A stretch of DNA of 32,215 nt from an uncultured Lentimicrobiaceae bacterium (lineage in GTDB: Bacteria; Bacteroidota; Bacteroidia; Bacteroidales; SKPS01). The notes below the pieces were generated by a model. That model worked only from the letters and a program-made list of their open reading frames with translations, did no database searches and was not told the DNA's origin. This document shows positions 1 through 9,782 of this stretch, one piece after another. The stretch spans positions 219 to 32,433 of the forward strand of contig CAZJZF010000001.1 of NCBI GenBank assembly GCA_964550385.1. Direction: 5' to 3'. Positions within the stretch are counted from its first letter, which is position 1, and each line of letters opens with the position of its first letter. The position numbers and the translations under genes are program-made.

Positions 1-602
1 AGGGCATCGGTTAGCTGGTACTCTCCACCTTTGCTAATATTCTGATCGATGAGGTACTGTAGCTCAGCAGCCAGTTTTTCCCCATCTCTGAAAAAATAGA
101 TTCCGATAATGGCGAGATCGGAGACGAAGGTTTCGGGTTTCTCCACAAACCGTGAGATATAACCGTCTGGCCCTGTTTGTACAACCCCAAAAGCAGAAGG
201 ATCCTTCACCTTGTGTACCCATATGGTTCCATCGCTTTGGGTATCCATTCTGAAGTTGGCGGAAAACAGGGTATCGGCAAAAGCCACGGTAACCTGCCCC
301 TTCAGCGCTTCCTTCGCACACAGGATGGCGTGTGCGGTTCCCAAAGGCTCAGGCTGATAAAAGACAGAGGCTTTAGCCCCGAGGTTTCTGGCTATCTGTA
401 CCAGACATTCTTCGACATCTTCGCCAAATTCTCCGATAACATAGGCAATTTCATCGATTTTTGATCCGCTTACCCGCACAATATCCTCAACAAGACGTTG
501 AACAATGGGTTTTCCGGCAATTCTGATGAGCGGTTTGGGAAGGGTAAGGGTGTGGGGTCTCATCCGCTTTCCCATTCCCGCCATTGGTACGATGATTTTC
601 AT
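1..602 (-). CDS. sugar-phosphate nucleotidyltransferase, partial (N-terminal ~200 aa; 3' end lies beyond the left edge)
   Basis: My own minus-strand translation from the ATG at 600-602 gives MKIIVPMAGMGKRMRPHTLTLPKPLIRIAGKPIVQRLVEDI...LGTAHAIL...FVEKPE...LAIIGIYFF..., open to position 1. The GxGxR...K N-terminal signature and EKP motif are typical of the NTP_transferase (RmlA/GalU/GlmU-N) fold. It is absent from the ORF track because it has no stop inside the window. Confidence 0.8.
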   Translation of the reverse strand, partial: MKIIVPMAGMGKRMRPHTLTLPKPLIRIAGKPIVQRLVEDIVRVSGSKIDEIAYVIGEFGEDVEECLVQIARNLGAKASVFYQPEPLGTAHAILCAKEALKGQVTVAFADTLFSANFRMDTQSDGTIWVHKVKDPSAFGVVQTGPDGYISRFVEKPETFVSDLAIIGIYFFRDGEKLAAELQYLIDQNISKGGEYQLTDA

Positions 603-622
603 ATCATTGGGTTATATAACGA

Positions 623-1054
623 TTACTTTCCTGTATGACCGAATCCCCCGTCACCCCGTTGGGTATCGTCAAGTTCTTCCACCAGCTGCCAGGTAATGGT
701 AGCATGCCGGGCAATCACCATCTGGGCAATTCTGTCGCCAGGTTGTATGGTAAAAGGCTCATGTGACAGATTTACAAGAATGACCTGTATTTCTCCACGG
801 TAATCGGCATCGATGGTGCCCGGGGTATTGAGCACCGATATTCCATGTTTGACAGCCAGTCCGCTGCGGGGCCGTACCTGAGCTTCATAACCTGCAGGCA
901 GGGATATGAACAGCCCCGTTGGGATCAGTATCCTTCCGAGAGGGGTCAGAATCACAGGGGCATCCAGATCGGCGTGCAGATCCATGCCTGCCGATAAGTC
1001 CGTTTTATACGCCGGCAGCGGATTTCCCGACCGGTTGACAATCTTTATTTCCAT
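623..1054 (-). CDS. dut: dUTP diphosphatase (dUTPase)
   Basis: Track ORF 623..1336 trimmed to the internal ATG at 1052-1054 ([18 protein letters not shown]...), giving 143 aa. Trimeric dUTPase motifs are present: [25 protein letters not shown] and C-terminal [11 protein letters not shown]. The extra 94 upstream codons overlap the flippase gene in another frame. Confidence 0.95.
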   Translation of the reverse strand: MEIKIVNRSGNPLPAYKTDLSAGMDLHADLDAPVILTPLGRILIPTGLFISLPAGYEAQVRPRSGLAVKHGISVLNTPGTIDADYRGEIQVILVNLSHEPFTIQPGDRIAQMVIARHATITWQLVEELDDTQRGDGGFGHTGK

Positions 1055-1083
1055 AGGAAGTTTTACAGTTGGCAACAGACTTG

Positions 1084-1091
1084 CAAACTTA
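1084..1091 (-). promoter_or_regulatory. candidate Bacteroidota -7 promoter box TAAGTTTG (TAnnTTTG) for dut
   Basis: Plus-strand caaactta equals minus-strand TAAGTTTG, 29 nt upstream of the dut ATG. It overlaps the flippase stop codon. No clear -33 TTTG. Confidence 0.35.
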
Positions 1092-2594
1092 GTGTTTTTT
1101 CGGCAATAGAGCCGTCCACAGGCTCTGCAGGGACCATCCCTCCAAACGGATGTATACCCATGCCATTCCTGCCAGTACCAAACCTCTGAGGCCGATTCTG
1201 TACAACGGTAATTCCATTGGAATGAGGCTGATGACCCACCATGTGGCAACCGCAATCGAGAGGTACAGCAGAATTCTGCCCATCCGGTAAGGCACCGGAA
1301 AGTATCTCTGGCCATACCACCAGGAAAGAAGTGCAACTAACAGATTCGAAAGCAGAAAAGCCACTGCCGGAGCCATGTAGCCGTAGCGTGGAATTCCCGC
1401 AAGGTTAACCGCCACGATGACAACGGTACCGACCAGCGCCAGCCAGGCTCCATAAATCGTACGCTGGGTTAATTTGTACCACATAGAAAGGTTGAAGCTA
1501 ATTCCCTGAAAAATAAATGCCAGCAGCACAACCGCCACAATAGCACTACCCTCCCTGTATTCAGAATCAACAAAATAGATGAAAACATCATCCAGAAAGA
1601 ACATCGTGCCTAAAAATATCAGGCACGACAGGATAACAAAGGCATTCATCACCTGCGGAAAGATCTTTTTTGCTTCTTCAGGGTTATCACGGGTAAAGAA
1701 GAAGGGTTCTGCAGCATATCTGAATGCCTGCAGAAAGAAGTACATAATAATCGGAATCTTAAAGCATGCTGAATAGATTCCTACCTGTTCCATCGAAATA
1801 TCCCTGGGTAACATCCAGGTAAGCAGCAGCCTGTCGATGGTTTGATTGATGGTGCCTGCCATACTCAGCAACAGCAGCGGCAGGGCATATCCCATCATTT
1901 TTTTCCACAGAACTGGGTCGAACCGGAGTTTTTTCCTCAGGATGCCCGGCACAAAAATCAGCACCTGCACAATGCTGGCCATCAGGTTTGCTACAAAAAT
2001 GTAGGAAATCAGCCGTTTCCCATGATAAAAACGGGATATCAGGCCGCTGATTGCCTCATTCCCGTTTTCAGAAAGCCATGGCACTGCAAAAATAAAAAAG
2101 AGGTTCAAACCCATTGTAAGCCCGATATTGATAAGCTTGAGGGTGGCAAAATGCCTCGCCCGATTCACCGCCCTCAGATGGGCAAACGGAATGGCCACGA
2201 TGGCATCAAGCCCTACTATTACAGCAAACCATACAACATACTCAGGATGAAAAGGAACATTCAAACCGGTTGCAATGAAATGCCTTACCGGGATGATAAG
2301 TAAAACAACAACTACGGTAGAAACCAGTATCGACAGAAAGGCAGTTGAAAAAACAGCAGGGCTTTTCCCACTGGTATTGTAAAACCTGAAAAAGGCCGTT
2401 TCAAGGCCATAGGTCAGAAACACCAGCAATATGGCAGCAAAAGCATACATGTTCGAAACCTCACCATACTCCGCTGTGATGAAATTGTAGGTATGCAATG
2501 GAACCAGCAGATAATTCACCAGTCTTCCGATGATACTGCTCACTCCGTATACGGCAGTTTGTCCTGCCAGCTGCTTCAGAGGATTACTTGCCAA
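1089..2594 (-). CDS. polysaccharide/oligosaccharide flippase (MOP superfamily, Wzx-like)
   Basis: 501-aa ORF that is hydrophobic throughout (about 12-14 predicted helices). The N-terminus (M)[34 protein letters not shown] is typical of polysaccharide biosynthesis (Wzx/RfbX-type) proteins. The start is TTG at 2592-2594. An in-frame stop lies 10 codons upstream and the next ATG is about 48 codons in. Confidence 0.8.
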   Translation of the reverse strand: MASNPLKQLAGQTAVYGVSSIIGRLVNYLLVPLHTYNFITAEYGEVSNMYAFAAILLVFLTYGLETAFFRFYNTSGKSPAVFSTAFLSILVSTVVVVLLIIPVRHFIATGLNVPFHPEYVVWFAVIVGLDAIVAIPFAHLRAVNRARHFATLKLINIGLTMGLNLFFIFAVPWLSENGNEAISGLISRFYHGKRLISYIFVANLMASIVQVLIFVPGILRKKLRFDPVLWKKMMGYALPLLLLSMAGTINQTIDRLLLTWMLPRDISMEQVGIYSACFKIPIIMYFFLQAFRYAAEPFFFTRDNPEEAKKIFPQVMNAFVILSCLIFLGTMFFLDDVFIYFVDSEYREGSAIVAVVLLAFIFQGISFNLSMWYKLTQRTIYGAWLALVGTVVIVAVNLAGIPRYGYMAPAVAFLLSNLLVALLSWWYGQRYFPVPYRMGRILLYLSIAVATWWVISLIPMELPLYRIGLRGLVLAGMAWVYIRLEGWSLQSLWTALLPKKH

Positions 2595-2681
2595 AGCAAA
2601 GGGTTTAATTTCGACCGGGTAAAGTTAGGAAGATTCGCTTTGTGATTTCAGCCAGGACTGGAAGAATTGGTGTTTCCCACA

Positions 2682-5600
2682 CTAAAATGAGGATGAGTGC
2701 TTCTGAAGAACCGGCAAGGTTATCGTAAAGGTGGTTCCTTTTCCGGTTTCCGACACAAAGCCAATGTCACCACCGATATGGTTTGCTATACTGCGCGCAA
2801 TGGCGAGTCCGAGCCCGGTACCGGAGCTGCGGGTGGTAAAATTCGGCAGGAATATTTTTTCACGGATGTCCTCGTCTATTCCCTTGCCATTGTCGGAAAT
2901 GTCAATCCTGCAATACTTTCCCTCCTCTGCAGCCCTTACCGAAATATCGGTATCTCTTCCCGCATCTCCTGATTGAACAGCATTACTCAGGATATTGATA
3001 AACAACCGACCGATCTGTTCAGGATCCCCTCTTACAACAATCTCCCTGTCAGGGTGCCAATCCAGAGAGATATTCACCGCCGGATAATTTTCGAAGAGAG
3101 ATACAGATCCCGTTAATGCTTCCTTCAGGGATACCTCCTGAGGCTTCATCTCGGGCATATTGGCAAAATCGGAAAATGCAGATGCGATCTGTGACAACGA
3201 TTCAATCTGGTGGTGCATCATTTTTGCATACCGGGCAAACTGATCCTTCCAGGCAGGATTTTCATCCGCCATGGTTTTTTCCAGATGCTGCAGATTGAGC
3301 TTCATAGGGGTTAGAGGATTTTTAATCTCGTGAGCCACTTGTCGTGCCATCTCCTTCCAGGCACTTTCCCGCTCGCTTCGTGCCAGGAGATCAGCACTTC
3401 GATCAAGTTCATCTATCATTCTATTGTATTCATCTACAAGATCGCCAATTTCATCCTTTTTAGTCCATACCAGTTTTTCATTCACACCCCCCAGGGTAAC
3501 CTTCCGGATCTTTTCCTGCAACAACACCAAAGGCTTCAGAATCATCCCCGCAAGGGCAAAAGCGATCAGGATGGCCAAAGCAATAAGAATCAGATAGATA
3601 TTTATGAATGCCATCATAAAACTGGAAATCTCACTGGTAAGTTCGCTTTGTCTTGCGAAATACGGCAGGTTGATATAGGCGATCACTTTCCCCTGATTAT
3701 TCCTGAATGGGATATAGGCTGAGAGGTATGCAAGCATTCCAATCTCTTCTTCGTGAATCAGAAGCGTTTTCCTGAATAGGGCCATCTCCCTGAAGGCTTC
3801 CGGATTGATCTTTTTGCCTATGATTCCTTCCTCAAATAACTGTTGTCTGGAACTGCCCAGCAGGTTTCCTTTGGCATCGAACAGATTGATGTCGGTGGCA
3901 AAAACTTCATTGAACTTCATGAGCAGTGACCAGATGTAAGGTTGCATTTCTGAACTCAGAATCTCCTTGTCGGCCAGTTTATGCTCAAGCTCAATGCGCA
4001 GCGAACGGGCCTTGTCCTTCAGATTATCCGTATTCTTGTTCCGGTTCAGAATGCGTATATAATAAATGGAGGTTGCCCCTACGATGAAGAAAGATACCAG
4101 AACAACGCCCATCAGGGTTATCCGCAACCTTCCCCTAAAGGTATTTGCACTCCTCCTTTCGGGTGAAGTGAGAGCATTCAAAAGCCATACAAAAGCAAGC
4201 ATTAAAAGGAAAATCAGCAGAAAAACGGATAATGGAGCCAACTGATCCTGCAATACCTTCTCGGGGGAACTCACCAGCAGAACCGTCTTCTGTCCGGTGC
4301 GATAATACAAGTGTGAATATCCACCCTTGGAAAAGAAAAAATACGGCTGATCCTTTCCGATGGGATAGGAAGACAGATCGGTGCTGTAGTTATATTTCCC
4401 ATAACTGGCCACCAGCTGGCCATCCAGGTATCTGGCGTTGGAGTATAGATTCAGATTTCCTTCCTTTAGCAAAGTCTGATCGGCCATCAACTCAAGATAA
4501 CCAGTTCCTGAGGGCAATACACGGGGAAAAATTTCCAGGAATATTTGCTTTGACTCCTTTGCCAAACCTGTGGCATTTTCAAATCTGAGTATCCCCAGGT
4601 AGCTGTGGTGCCCTTCAGGATCCTGCATAAGAGCCAGATCCTCTGTTTGTGTCATGATACCTGATTCTACCATCTGACGGGCAAAAAAATCGTAACAGCC
4701 CGTTACCTCGTTGTTTCCTGTAATCGATAGCTTTTGGTTACTGCCACAAATTGTTACCTGGAAATTATAACGTGACCAATACTGCTCACCTCCGGAAAAA
4801 TATTTTTGCAGCAGATATTTGATCAGGGATTCTTCCTCAATGGGCTCACTGAAAAGCATACCTGCCAGCAATGTATCCTGATAAATAGCGCCTCTGGCCT
4901 GATTGTAAAGAAATTCCGCCATAGGATCTTCCTTCCGCGCAAATTCTGAAGCAACTGCTATACGATTCTCTTGCCCCTTTTTATCTGAATAGCTATTAAT
5001 CATCCAGGTAAGCCCTGAAGAAACCAATATGATCAGCATAATAGCCTTAACCACCGGTTCCGGTTTCCGGTAATGGGTAAAAGCAAATCCTGCAATCAGC
5101 AGTACTAACAACAGAGGAAAAGCCATATTCAATGCTTCTGCATTGAATACCAATGGTATGGCTGAAAGAAGCAGGACAGGGAAAGAAGACACCCAATACT
5201 TTACATTGGCTGGAAAAATCGCAAGAATCACTTTCATCAGCCGCCAGGTAGTCAGCATGGCAGCAGCGGCAGTTATTGCCATTAACGCGAGTGAAACCAG
5301 GCCATAATTTCCTGTATTGCCCAAATCGGAAAAGCTTAGCGTCTGGGTGGAGTCGGTAATCAGAATTTTACAAACTGCCAGCGCAATGTAGAGCATTAAA
5401 GCGAGCATTAAAAAGGAAAGAATTGCAATGCTCCATTTGACTTCAGGCCGCTTTTCATTAGTGCGACCGGAATTGAGATACCTGAAACCTGCATAGGATA
5501 CCAGCACAAGCCAGACCACGTTCAGGATCAGGTCGCCCAATGACCGGTTTAAAGCTGAAGAGGCGAAAAAGACCGGATCAAAGACAGGCAATTGGTATAT

Positions 5601-6395
5601 CCATTCCGGAAAGGAGAAATAATACAGCAAAAACCTGATAATCCATGAATCGATGATAAAGAAAAGGAGAAAAAGATTGGGTTTTGTAGGAAAGGGATTG
5701 AGTTTTCGGTGAATATGCAACAGCATCATATTCAGAAAGATAAAAGCAGCAAGAAACAACAGGAAGGGGAGAGTTCCCTTTCCTGGGTCTCCTGCCCAAT
5801 AGGACGGAAACACCACCGAAAAGAGGTGATCTCCGCTTGTGCCTTTTATGTTGTAATTACCTGCCGAAGTACTGATGCCGGTGGTACCCGGAAGATTGTA
5901 TGCGGCAAAAAACCCGTTTTTGAGATATCGGTTGTTGTAGGGATAGGTACTGTAAACCTTGCTCAATCCAAGAATGGTAAGTGAGTCATTACGGATTGTA
6001 AAAAGCTGGTAAACCCCATTGGGGAGTTCGAGAATACGCTGGTTAAGTATGCTGTCTGTAATACTTTCTAACGGAATGGTATTATCGCTCCAGTATACTA
6101 TTTGCTTATTTTTCATCACCAGAAAGCTCATTCCGGCTCCCTGGTATGCGTCGGCCTCCAGTGTTAACATCCAGGGCTCTCCACTTATACTCATCCTTTT
6201 TAACAACTCCCCGGTTTCCTGTTTGAGAAGTTGCCATCTTTCTTCCGTAACAGATTCAATATGAGAGGTTAAATTCTCCGGCTTAAAATGCTTCTGCTGG
6301 CGGAAAATGTACCATGCCGTAAGGAGGGTGAAAAATATCGCCAGTAAACTATAAGCTACTGCCGGGGAACGCATGGTTCGCAGAATACCTTTCAT
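2682..6395 (-). CDS. large multi-pass membrane sensor histidine kinase (NtrY-type HAMP-HisKA-HATPase C-terminus); no cognate response regulator nearby
   Basis: Track ORF 2682..6419 (GTG start) trimmed to the ATG at 6393-6395 (MKGILRTMRSPAVAY...) because a TATCTTTG -7 box sits at 6419-6426. About 1237 aa. Layout: signal anchor, ~170-aa outer domain, a block of ~8 hydrophobic helices (res ~215-480), a second ~250-aa soluble domain, a TM helix, then a HAMP-like linker. Kinase motifs: H box ARQVAHEIKNPLTPMKLNLQHL, N box NILSNAVQ, G boxes DNGKGID and GTGLGLAIA. Confidence 0.85.
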   Translation of the reverse strand: MKGILRTMRSPAVAYSLLAIFFTLLTAWYIFRQQKHFKPENLTSHIESVTEERWQLLKQETGELLKRMSISGEPWMLTLEADAYQGAGMSFLVMKNKQIVYWSDNTIPLESITDSILNQRILELPNGVYQLFTIRNDSLTILGLSKVYSTYPYNNRYLKNGFFAAYNLPGTTGISTSAGNYNIKGTSGDHLFSVVFPSYWAGDPGKGTLPFLLFLAAFIFLNMMLLHIHRKLNPFPTKPNLFLLFFIIDSWIIRFLLYYFSFPEWIYQLPVFDPVFFASSALNRSLGDLILNVVWLVLVSYAGFRYLNSGRTNEKRPEVKWSIAILSFLMLALMLYIALAVCKILITDSTQTLSFSDLGNTGNYGLVSLALMAITAAAAMLTTWRLMKVILAIFPANVKYWVSSFPVLLLSAIPLVFNAEALNMAFPLLLVLLIAGFAFTHYRKPEPVVKAIMLIILVSSGLTWMINSYSDKKGQENRIAVASEFARKEDPMAEFLYNQARGAIYQDTLLAGMLFSEPIEEESLIKYLLQKYFSGGEQYWSRYNFQVTICGSNQKLSITGNNEVTGCYDFFARQMVESGIMTQTEDLALMQDPEGHHSYLGILRFENATGLAKESKQIFLEIFPRVLPSGTGYLELMADQTLLKEGNLNLYSNARYLDGQLVASYGKYNYSTDLSSYPIGKDQPYFFFSKGGYSHLYYRTGQKTVLLVSSPEKVLQDQLAPLSVFLLIFLLMLAFVWLLNALTSPERRSANTFRGRLRITLMGVVLVSFFIVGATSIYYIRILNRNKNTDNLKDKARSLRIELEHKLADKEILSSEMQPYIWSLLMKFNEVFATDINLFDAKGNLLGSSRQQLFEEGIIGKKINPEAFREMALFRKTLLIHEEEIGMLAYLSAYIPFRNNQGKVIAYINLPYFARQSELTSEISSFMMAFINIYLILIALAILIAFALAGMILKPLVLLQEKIRKVTLGGVNEKLVWTKKDEIGDLVDEYNRMIDELDRSADLLARSERESAWKEMARQVAHEIKNPLTPMKLNLQHLEKTMADENPAWKDQFARYAKMMHHQIESLSQIASAFSDFANMPEMKPQEVSLKEALTGSVSLFENYPAVNISLDWHPDREIVVRGDPEQIGRLFINILSNAVQSGDAGRDTDISVRAAEEGKYCRIDISDNGKGIDEDIREKIFLPNFTTRSSGTGLGLAIARSIANHIGGDIGFVSETGKGTTFTITLPVLQKHSSSF

Positions 6396-6418
6396 AGGTT
6401 TGCAGGTAGTGTGAATCA

Positions 6419-6426
6419 CAAAGATA
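6419..6426 (-). promoter_or_regulatory. candidate -7 promoter box TATCTTTG for the histidine kinase gene
   Basis: Plus-strand caaagata equals minus-strand TATCTTTG, a perfect TAnnTTTG, 23 nt upstream of ATG 6395. The identical octamer recurs upstream of gldE and yicC. Confidence 0.4.
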
Positions 6427-6473
6427 GAAAGAAAATCAAAGCCTGTCCGGGGAAATCTGCACCCGTCATCTTC

Positions 6474-7382
6474 CTATTTCTTCCTGAGGATATAAACAAG
6501 AGAAGAGTAATTTCTGCTTCGGTGCGCTTTGAAATTGGATATAAATCCTTGAAACGCAGCAGCGATATACCTTTTTCGGTGGTATTTATACTGTTCGCTG
6601 AGCAAAGCCACATAGTACGCATCAAATCTCATGGGTTTCACCTCCAACAACTCAAATCCTGCATTATCTGCAAGTTTAGCAAACGACTTTGGGTTAAAAT
6701 GGTGAAGATGGCGTGGCACATCCCATGCTGCCCAATAACGACCGTAATGTCTGGCATCGTACGAACGGTGATTGGGTAAAGCGATCACTGCAATACCTTC
6801 AGGGGTCAGCAATCTGTTCACCTCCCCCATTCGTTGCAAAGGGTCGTGAACGTGTTCCAGCACATGCCACATCGATACGACATCAAAACCGGTATCCGAC
6901 AAATCTGGGATTGCCCCTTCGTCTAAGACTTTAACTCCAAGATTTTCAATTGCAAAATCCCGTGCCTGTTTTCCTGGTTCGATACCTGTTACTTCCCATC
7001 CTTCCGATTGAAAATGGTGCAATAAGTAACCTGTTCCACAGCCAATATCAAGCAGTTTTCCCCTGGTCCGGTAACCCGATACCATCCTGTATTTTCCCCT
7101 GAGGTTTATCGACCGTATATACCTGTATACACTGCTGATCAGATCCTTCCCCTGTGCAGTATGTGAAAGGTATTTTTCTGATGCATAATACCTGCCTATG
7201 TTTTCCGGGTGAGGCTGTGGATGGGTGAAGAGGTGTGTACACAGGGGGCATTCCAAAACCTCAAAAGGCTCGTTGGTAAGAAAAAAATCGTCGACCTGTA
7301 AAAAATGCCGCACAGACGAGTTACCGCATACCGGACAATGGGTTGTTTGTAAAGATGGATCTGGTTCCACGTGAAACATCAT
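6474..7382 (-). CDS. class I SAM-dependent methyltransferase with N-terminal Cys4 zinc-ribbon-like motif
   Basis: 302 aa with an ATG start. CPVCG...(25 aa)...CPLC is followed by SAM-binding motif I LLDIGCGTGYLL and FDVVSMWHVLEHV. It lies 31 nt downstream of mnmG on the same strand. Confidence 0.8.
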   Translation of the reverse strand: MMFHVEPDPSLQTTHCPVCGNSSVRHFLQVDDFFLTNEPFEVLECPLCTHLFTHPQPHPENIGRYYASEKYLSHTAQGKDLISSVYRYIRSINLRGKYRMVSGYRTRGKLLDIGCGTGYLLHHFQSEGWEVTGIEPGKQARDFAIENLGVKVLDEGAIPDLSDTGFDVVSMWHVLEHVHDPLQRMGEVNRLLTPEGIAVIALPNHRSYDARHYGRYWAAWDVPRHLHHFNPKSFAKLADNAGFELLEVKPMRFDAYYVALLSEQYKYHRKRYIAAAFQGFISNFKAHRSRNYSSLVYILRKK

Positions 7383-7413
7383 TTCAATTTACTAATAATG
7401 AAGTATTTTAACA

Positions 7414-9297
7414 TCATCCCTTTTGATTCATTACAAGCAGCACAGCAATATCGGCAGGTGAAATGCCACTGATTCGTGATGCCTGTCCGATGGTGGCCGG
7501 TCTGAAACGGTTAAGTTTTTCTCTTGATTCAAAAGAGAGTGCCTTGATTTCATGAAAATTGCCGGCATGATGGATTCTGATGTGTTCGTATTTTGCCATT
7601 CTTGCGACAAGTTCCTGTTCTTTGTCTATATAATTCTGGTATTTAATTCTGATTTCCACCTCTTCCAGCACCTCGTTTCGGATTGAATCCGGAATTAAAT
7701 CACACTGGGCACTCCATCCCGGAATGGCTTCCAGCAGCATCGGAAGGTTTATTTGGGGTCTGAGCAAGAGAGTCGAAGCCTTCATCTTTTGCTTCAACAC
7801 CCCCTCCCCTACTCCTTCCATGATTTTATTTGTGGCATTCAGATCCACACTGGTTTGTTCCAAAAATTTTTGCACTGCCCCAATGGCGGCTTCCTTTTGC
7901 AACACCCTTTCATATCGCTGGGAAGATGCCAGCCCGATTTGGTGTGAAACCGGTGTAAGTCTCAGGTCGGCATTGCTTTGCCTGAGGAGGATTCGATATT
8001 CGGCCCGGGAAGTGAACATCCTGTAGGGTTCATCAATCTCTTTGGAGATGAGATCATCGATCAGCACACCGATGTATGCTTCCGATCTCTTCAGAACGAA
8101 TGGATCCTTTCCTTTAAGCTTCAGATGGGCGTTAATTCCTGCCATCAACCCCTGGGCAGCTGCCTCCTCATATCCTGTGGTTCCATTGATCTGACCTGCA
8201 AAATAGAGATGCTCGATAAGCTTTGTTTCCAGGGTTGCCCTAAGCTGATCGGGAGGGAAGTAGTCGTATTCTATGGCATACCCCGGTCTGAAAATCCTGG
8301 CATTCTCGAATCCTTTAATCTTTCGTAATGCTTTGTATTGCACCTCTTCAGGAAGCGAGGAAGAAAATCCGTTTACATACGTTTCCACGGTATCCCAACC
8401 CTCGGGTTCGATGAACAACTGATGGGAATTGCGGTCGGAAAATCTTTCTATTTTATCTTCAATAGAGGGGCAGTAGCGGGGGCCGGTTCCCTGAATTATC
8501 CCTCCAAAAAGAGGGGACTTATCAAAGCCGGTGCGAAGAATGTTGTGAACATCTTCGCTTGTATAGGCAAGATAGCAGCTTCTCTGCCGCACAAGGGGAG
8601 GGGTATCGCTAAAGGAAAATTTACCCGGGTTTTCATCTCCGGGCTGTTCTTCGAGTTGCGAAAAATCAATGGTACGCCCATCCACTCTTACAGGTGTTCC
8701 TGTTTTGAGCCTGCCAGCGCGGAAACCATACTTCAGCAAAGTTTCGGTTAAACCGGCGGATGATTTTTCTCCGATTCTGCCTCCCGTATGATTTTTATCC
8801 CCAATATGAATAATCCCATTAAGGAATGTGCCTGCAGTAAGTATAACAGCTTTTGCAACAATGGTTTGTCCAAGTTTTGTTACCACACCCCGTATTTTCC
8901 CTTCCTCTGTCAACAGACTAATTACTTCGTCTTCCCTGAAGCTGAGATTCTGAATTCCTTCGAGTATCCCTCTCCAGTAGCGGGAAAATGCCATACGGTC
9001 GCTTTGCGCCCTGGGGCTCCACATCGCCGGTCCCTTCGAGCGATTCAACATTCTGAACTGGATCATGGTGTGGTCCGTAACAATACCGGAATACCCACCC
9101 AGGGCATCAATTTCCCTTACAATCTGACCTTTGGCAATGCCACCCATGGCAGGGTTGCACGACATTCCGGCCATAGCCCCCATATTCATGGTAATCAGCA
9201 GTACCCGGGAGCCCAAATGCGCTGCTGCTGCTGCTGCCTCGCAACCTGCGTGACCAGCACCGACCACCACAATATCAAATTTATCGTTATCAGGCAT
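7414..9297 (-). CDS. mnmG: tRNA uridine-5-carboxymethylaminomethyl(34) synthesis enzyme MnmG (GidA)
   Basis: 627 aa. FAD dinucleotide motif FDIVVVGAGHAGCEAA, plus GQINGTTGYEEAAAQGL and a C-terminal RPATIGQASRISGISPADI helix typical of MnmG. Confidence 0.97.
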   Translation of the reverse strand: MPDNDKFDIVVVGAGHAGCEAAAAAAHLGSRVLLITMNMGAMAGMSCNPAMGGIAKGQIVREIDALGGYSGIVTDHTMIQFRMLNRSKGPAMWSPRAQSDRMAFSRYWRGILEGIQNLSFREDEVISLLTEEGKIRGVVTKLGQTIVAKAVILTAGTFLNGIIHIGDKNHTGGRIGEKSSAGLTETLLKYGFRAGRLKTGTPVRVDGRTIDFSQLEEQPGDENPGKFSFSDTPPLVRQRSCYLAYTSEDVHNILRTGFDKSPLFGGIIQGTGPRYCPSIEDKIERFSDRNSHQLFIEPEGWDTVETYVNGFSSSLPEEVQYKALRKIKGFENARIFRPGYAIEYDYFPPDQLRATLETKLIEHLYFAGQINGTTGYEEAAAQGLMAGINAHLKLKGKDPFVLKRSEAYIGVLIDDLISKEIDEPYRMFTSRAEYRILLRQSNADLRLTPVSHQIGLASSQRYERVLQKEAAIGAVQKFLEQTSVDLNATNKIMEGVGEGVLKQKMKASTLLLRPQINLPMLLEAIPGWSAQCDLIPDSIRNEVLEEVEIRIKYQNYIDKEQELVARMAKYEHIRIHHAGNFHEIKALSFESREKLNRFRPATIGQASRISGISPADIAVLLVMNQKG

Positions 9298-9303
9298 ACG
9301 GAC

Positions 9304-9732
9304 TCAGAAAGTCCGCAAAGTTAAGCAATAATCCTCCTGCCTGCGCATCAGCTGCTTCTGCTCTTCCGATTGGTCATCATAACCCATCAGATGCAGCAGG
9401 CCGTGGACCATTACCCGGTGCATTTCATCCGAGGCAGAGGTGCCCAAAGAGCTTGCATTTTCCTGTATTCTTTCCCAGCTGATATACAATTCACCCTCAA
9501 TGGGTTCGTCCGGATCGCTGAAAGGGAAAGTAATAATGTCGGTATAGGTATCGTGGTGCAGGTACTTTTCATTCATACCGAGCAAAATAGCGTCACTGCA
9601 CAAAATTATCCTCAAATGCGCCAGGGTAAAACCATAATGTTCCGTTACCTGTTTTAACCAGGGCTCAATGGACTTTTTTCCGGTATCAAACCGTTTGATC
9701 CCTTCGAAAAAAACACTGACTTTGGGGGCCAT
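9304..9732 (-). CDS. ybeY: rRNA maturation endoribonuclease YbeY
   Basis: 142 aa with the zinc motif HRVMVHGLLHLMGYDD (HxxxHxxxxxH). It ends 6 nt before the mnmG ATG. Confidence 0.93.
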   Translation of the reverse strand: MAPKVSVFFEGIKRFDTGKKSIEPWLKQVTEHYGFTLAHLRIILCSDAILLGMNEKYLHHDTYTDIITFPFSDPDEPIEGELYISWERIQENASSLGTSASDEMHRVMVHGLLHLMGYDDQSEEQKQLMRRQEDYCLTLRTF

Positions 9733-9782
9733 ATACTTCCCTTTTATCAGAAAATAAGATGAATAGGAGAGGAGTGAATGGT

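Noticed and set aside
623-1336. 237-aa version of the dut ORF
   Set aside because: The upstream 94 codons (Cys/Trp/Arg-rich) overlap the flippase 3' end in another frame. dUTPase homology begins exactly at MEIKIV (ATG 1054), which also has a TAAGTTTG box upstream.
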